Of a DNA stretch of 64,000 nt, positions 62,593 to 64,000 are shown in pieces; position 1 is the first letter of the stretch; the number at the start of each line of letters is the position of its first letter. Made by a program: the position numbers and the translations under genes. Location: positions 620,001 through 684,000 of the forward strand of contig LSRY02000017.1 of NCBI GenBank assembly GCA_001643675.2, in the 5' to 3' direction. The notes below the pieces were generated by a model that saw nothing but the letters and a program-made list of their open reading frames with translations, had not been told where the DNA came from and did no database searches. This DNA is from Monocercomonoides exilis PA203. Taxonomy: Eukaryota; Protista; Preaxostyla.

Positions 62593-64000
62593 ATGAAAAA
62601 GAAAGTTGCGAGGAAATCTACTGCGGGTCAGCTGAAGCTGCGTGAGGCGATGCTATCATTCAAATATCGGTAATTTCGGAATCCACTGGAGCGAATGGCG
62701 CATATTGTTAACGATGGAGCTGAGCGTATGGTGGATGCATATAACAACAAAAAATTCGGCAAAATTCGAATAAAGCGTGCGGTGAAGGCTGTTCGGCAAG
62801 GCAGACTAGTTTCTAAAATTGTAAGACCTGCTGTGGTCATTGGCGAAAAAGAGCAAACAGCACTGGACGAAATAAAAATAGAATCACTGTCTGGAGCAAG
62901 CTTAACCATCAAGAAAATGCGTGAACTGGTTTGCATAAATATCCTTTGAAATGTATTAATTAATATTAATTAGATTGAAAACGTTGTTAATGATTTGAAA
63001 CCAGAAAACAGGCCAGATGTTAAAGTTTCTGAGTCAGTTGCCTACGATTTCATCAAACGACATCCAGAGCTGAAGGCATCAAAGCCGAAAATTGTTGATG
63101 CAAACAGGCTCGCGGTATCATGCCAACAAGTTCTAAAGCCCTGGTATGATATGCTCAACGGATTACATCAGAACAACAGTTACAACAACGCACTGATTTT
63201 CAATGTGGACGAGTCTTCACTCAGGGTTCCCGATAGCTCCAATCGGAATGTTGTTCATCCGGCAAATGCAAAACCCGGTTTCGCAAAATCTGCGGCTCGA
63301 ATGGCGAATTCTACACTGATTGCAGCGGTTGCTGCTGATGGTCAATCACTTCCTTCAGTTATTCTGTGGCCGAGTCTCAAACTTCCTGATGACTTGAAGC
63401 CTCCTCAGTCTTCAAATCTTGAAATTTGGCCGAACAAATGCGGATGGATGGAATCCTTAACGTTTAGGAAGTATGCACTTACAATTTTTCTCCCTTCAAT
63501 TAAAGAAAGAAGGCAACACATGTCACTCGACGAATCGCACTGCTTGCTTCTAATCGACTCCCACATTTCTCGAGCAGATCCAACAATCTGGCGAGAGTTT
63601 AAAAAAGAAAATGTTGATGTTGTGACATTCGTCCCTCACAGCACATACATTTGCTAGCCACTGGACCGAGGCGTATTTGCCGTTCTCAAATCAGAGCTGA
63701 GTTCACAGAAAGAAGCACCTTCGTCGTCGTCTTCAGCAGCGAAAAGAACAGCTCTTGTTGAAGTTCTACAACAATCAATTCATTCGGCACCATCACCTTC
63801 TGTCATCAAGAGGGCATTCAAATGCAACGGAGTGCTGAAAGACTCGTCTGGGCCAGTTCTGATGAAGCTTCCTCAATCATCGACTTATCCTCTTCCTTCA
63901 CATAAAAATCGATTTGACTTCTACGGCAAAGAAATAACAGAAGAAAAGGCGCTAAATGAGTGGGATGATTATTTGAGTAAGAAAAGCGAAATGGAAAATG
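62593..64000 (+). mobile_element. pogo/Fot1-like (Tc1/mariner superfamily, DDE_1) transposase, DD35D, intron-containing, with two in-frame stops; runs off the window
   Basis: ATG at 62593, in-frame TAA at 62671 and a 45-nt intron 62929..62973. A CENP-B-type HTH end reads FIKRHPEL. Catalytic blocks are IFNVDES, LLIDSHISR and PHSTYIC*PLDRGVF (TAG 63655-63657), with 35 residues between the second and third Asp. The frame stays open to the window end. Confidence 0.9.

Overview
Eukaryotic genomic DNA with AT-rich intergenic regions, short GT-AG introns and the standard code (host genes end in TAA, TAG or TGA). Two lineage-specific gene families suggest an oxymonad such as Monocercomonoides exilis; this is inference from recalled family motifs, not a database match. 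In order, the window holds: a giant (>4,200 aa) low-complexity Ser/Thr kinase whose catalytic domain is split by three very large insertions; an intronless phosphoserine aminotransferase; a convergent pair of lineage-specific paralogs (one intact, one pseudogene); an EFCAB11-like EF-hand gene; a ~4,100-aa Cys-rich repeat receptor with a transmembrane helix and degenerate kinase C-lobe, broken by one frameshift in a G7 run; NAA40/NatD; a helical + SPRY-like gene; a poly-Ser C2H2/PAM2 protein; NCKAP1/Nap1; a small MZT1-like gene missed by the ORF track; HAUS7-like; an ODA docking-complex subunit; gamma-SNAP; and an intron-containing pogo/Fot-like DD35D transposase with two in-frame TAR stops. 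The most interesting structure not explained by genes is a set of three unrelated MITE/TIR families that all terminate in GG...CC and are flanked by A-N-N-T 4-mers (AAAT duplicated around two complete elements). This points to a transposase system other than the pogo element in the window.
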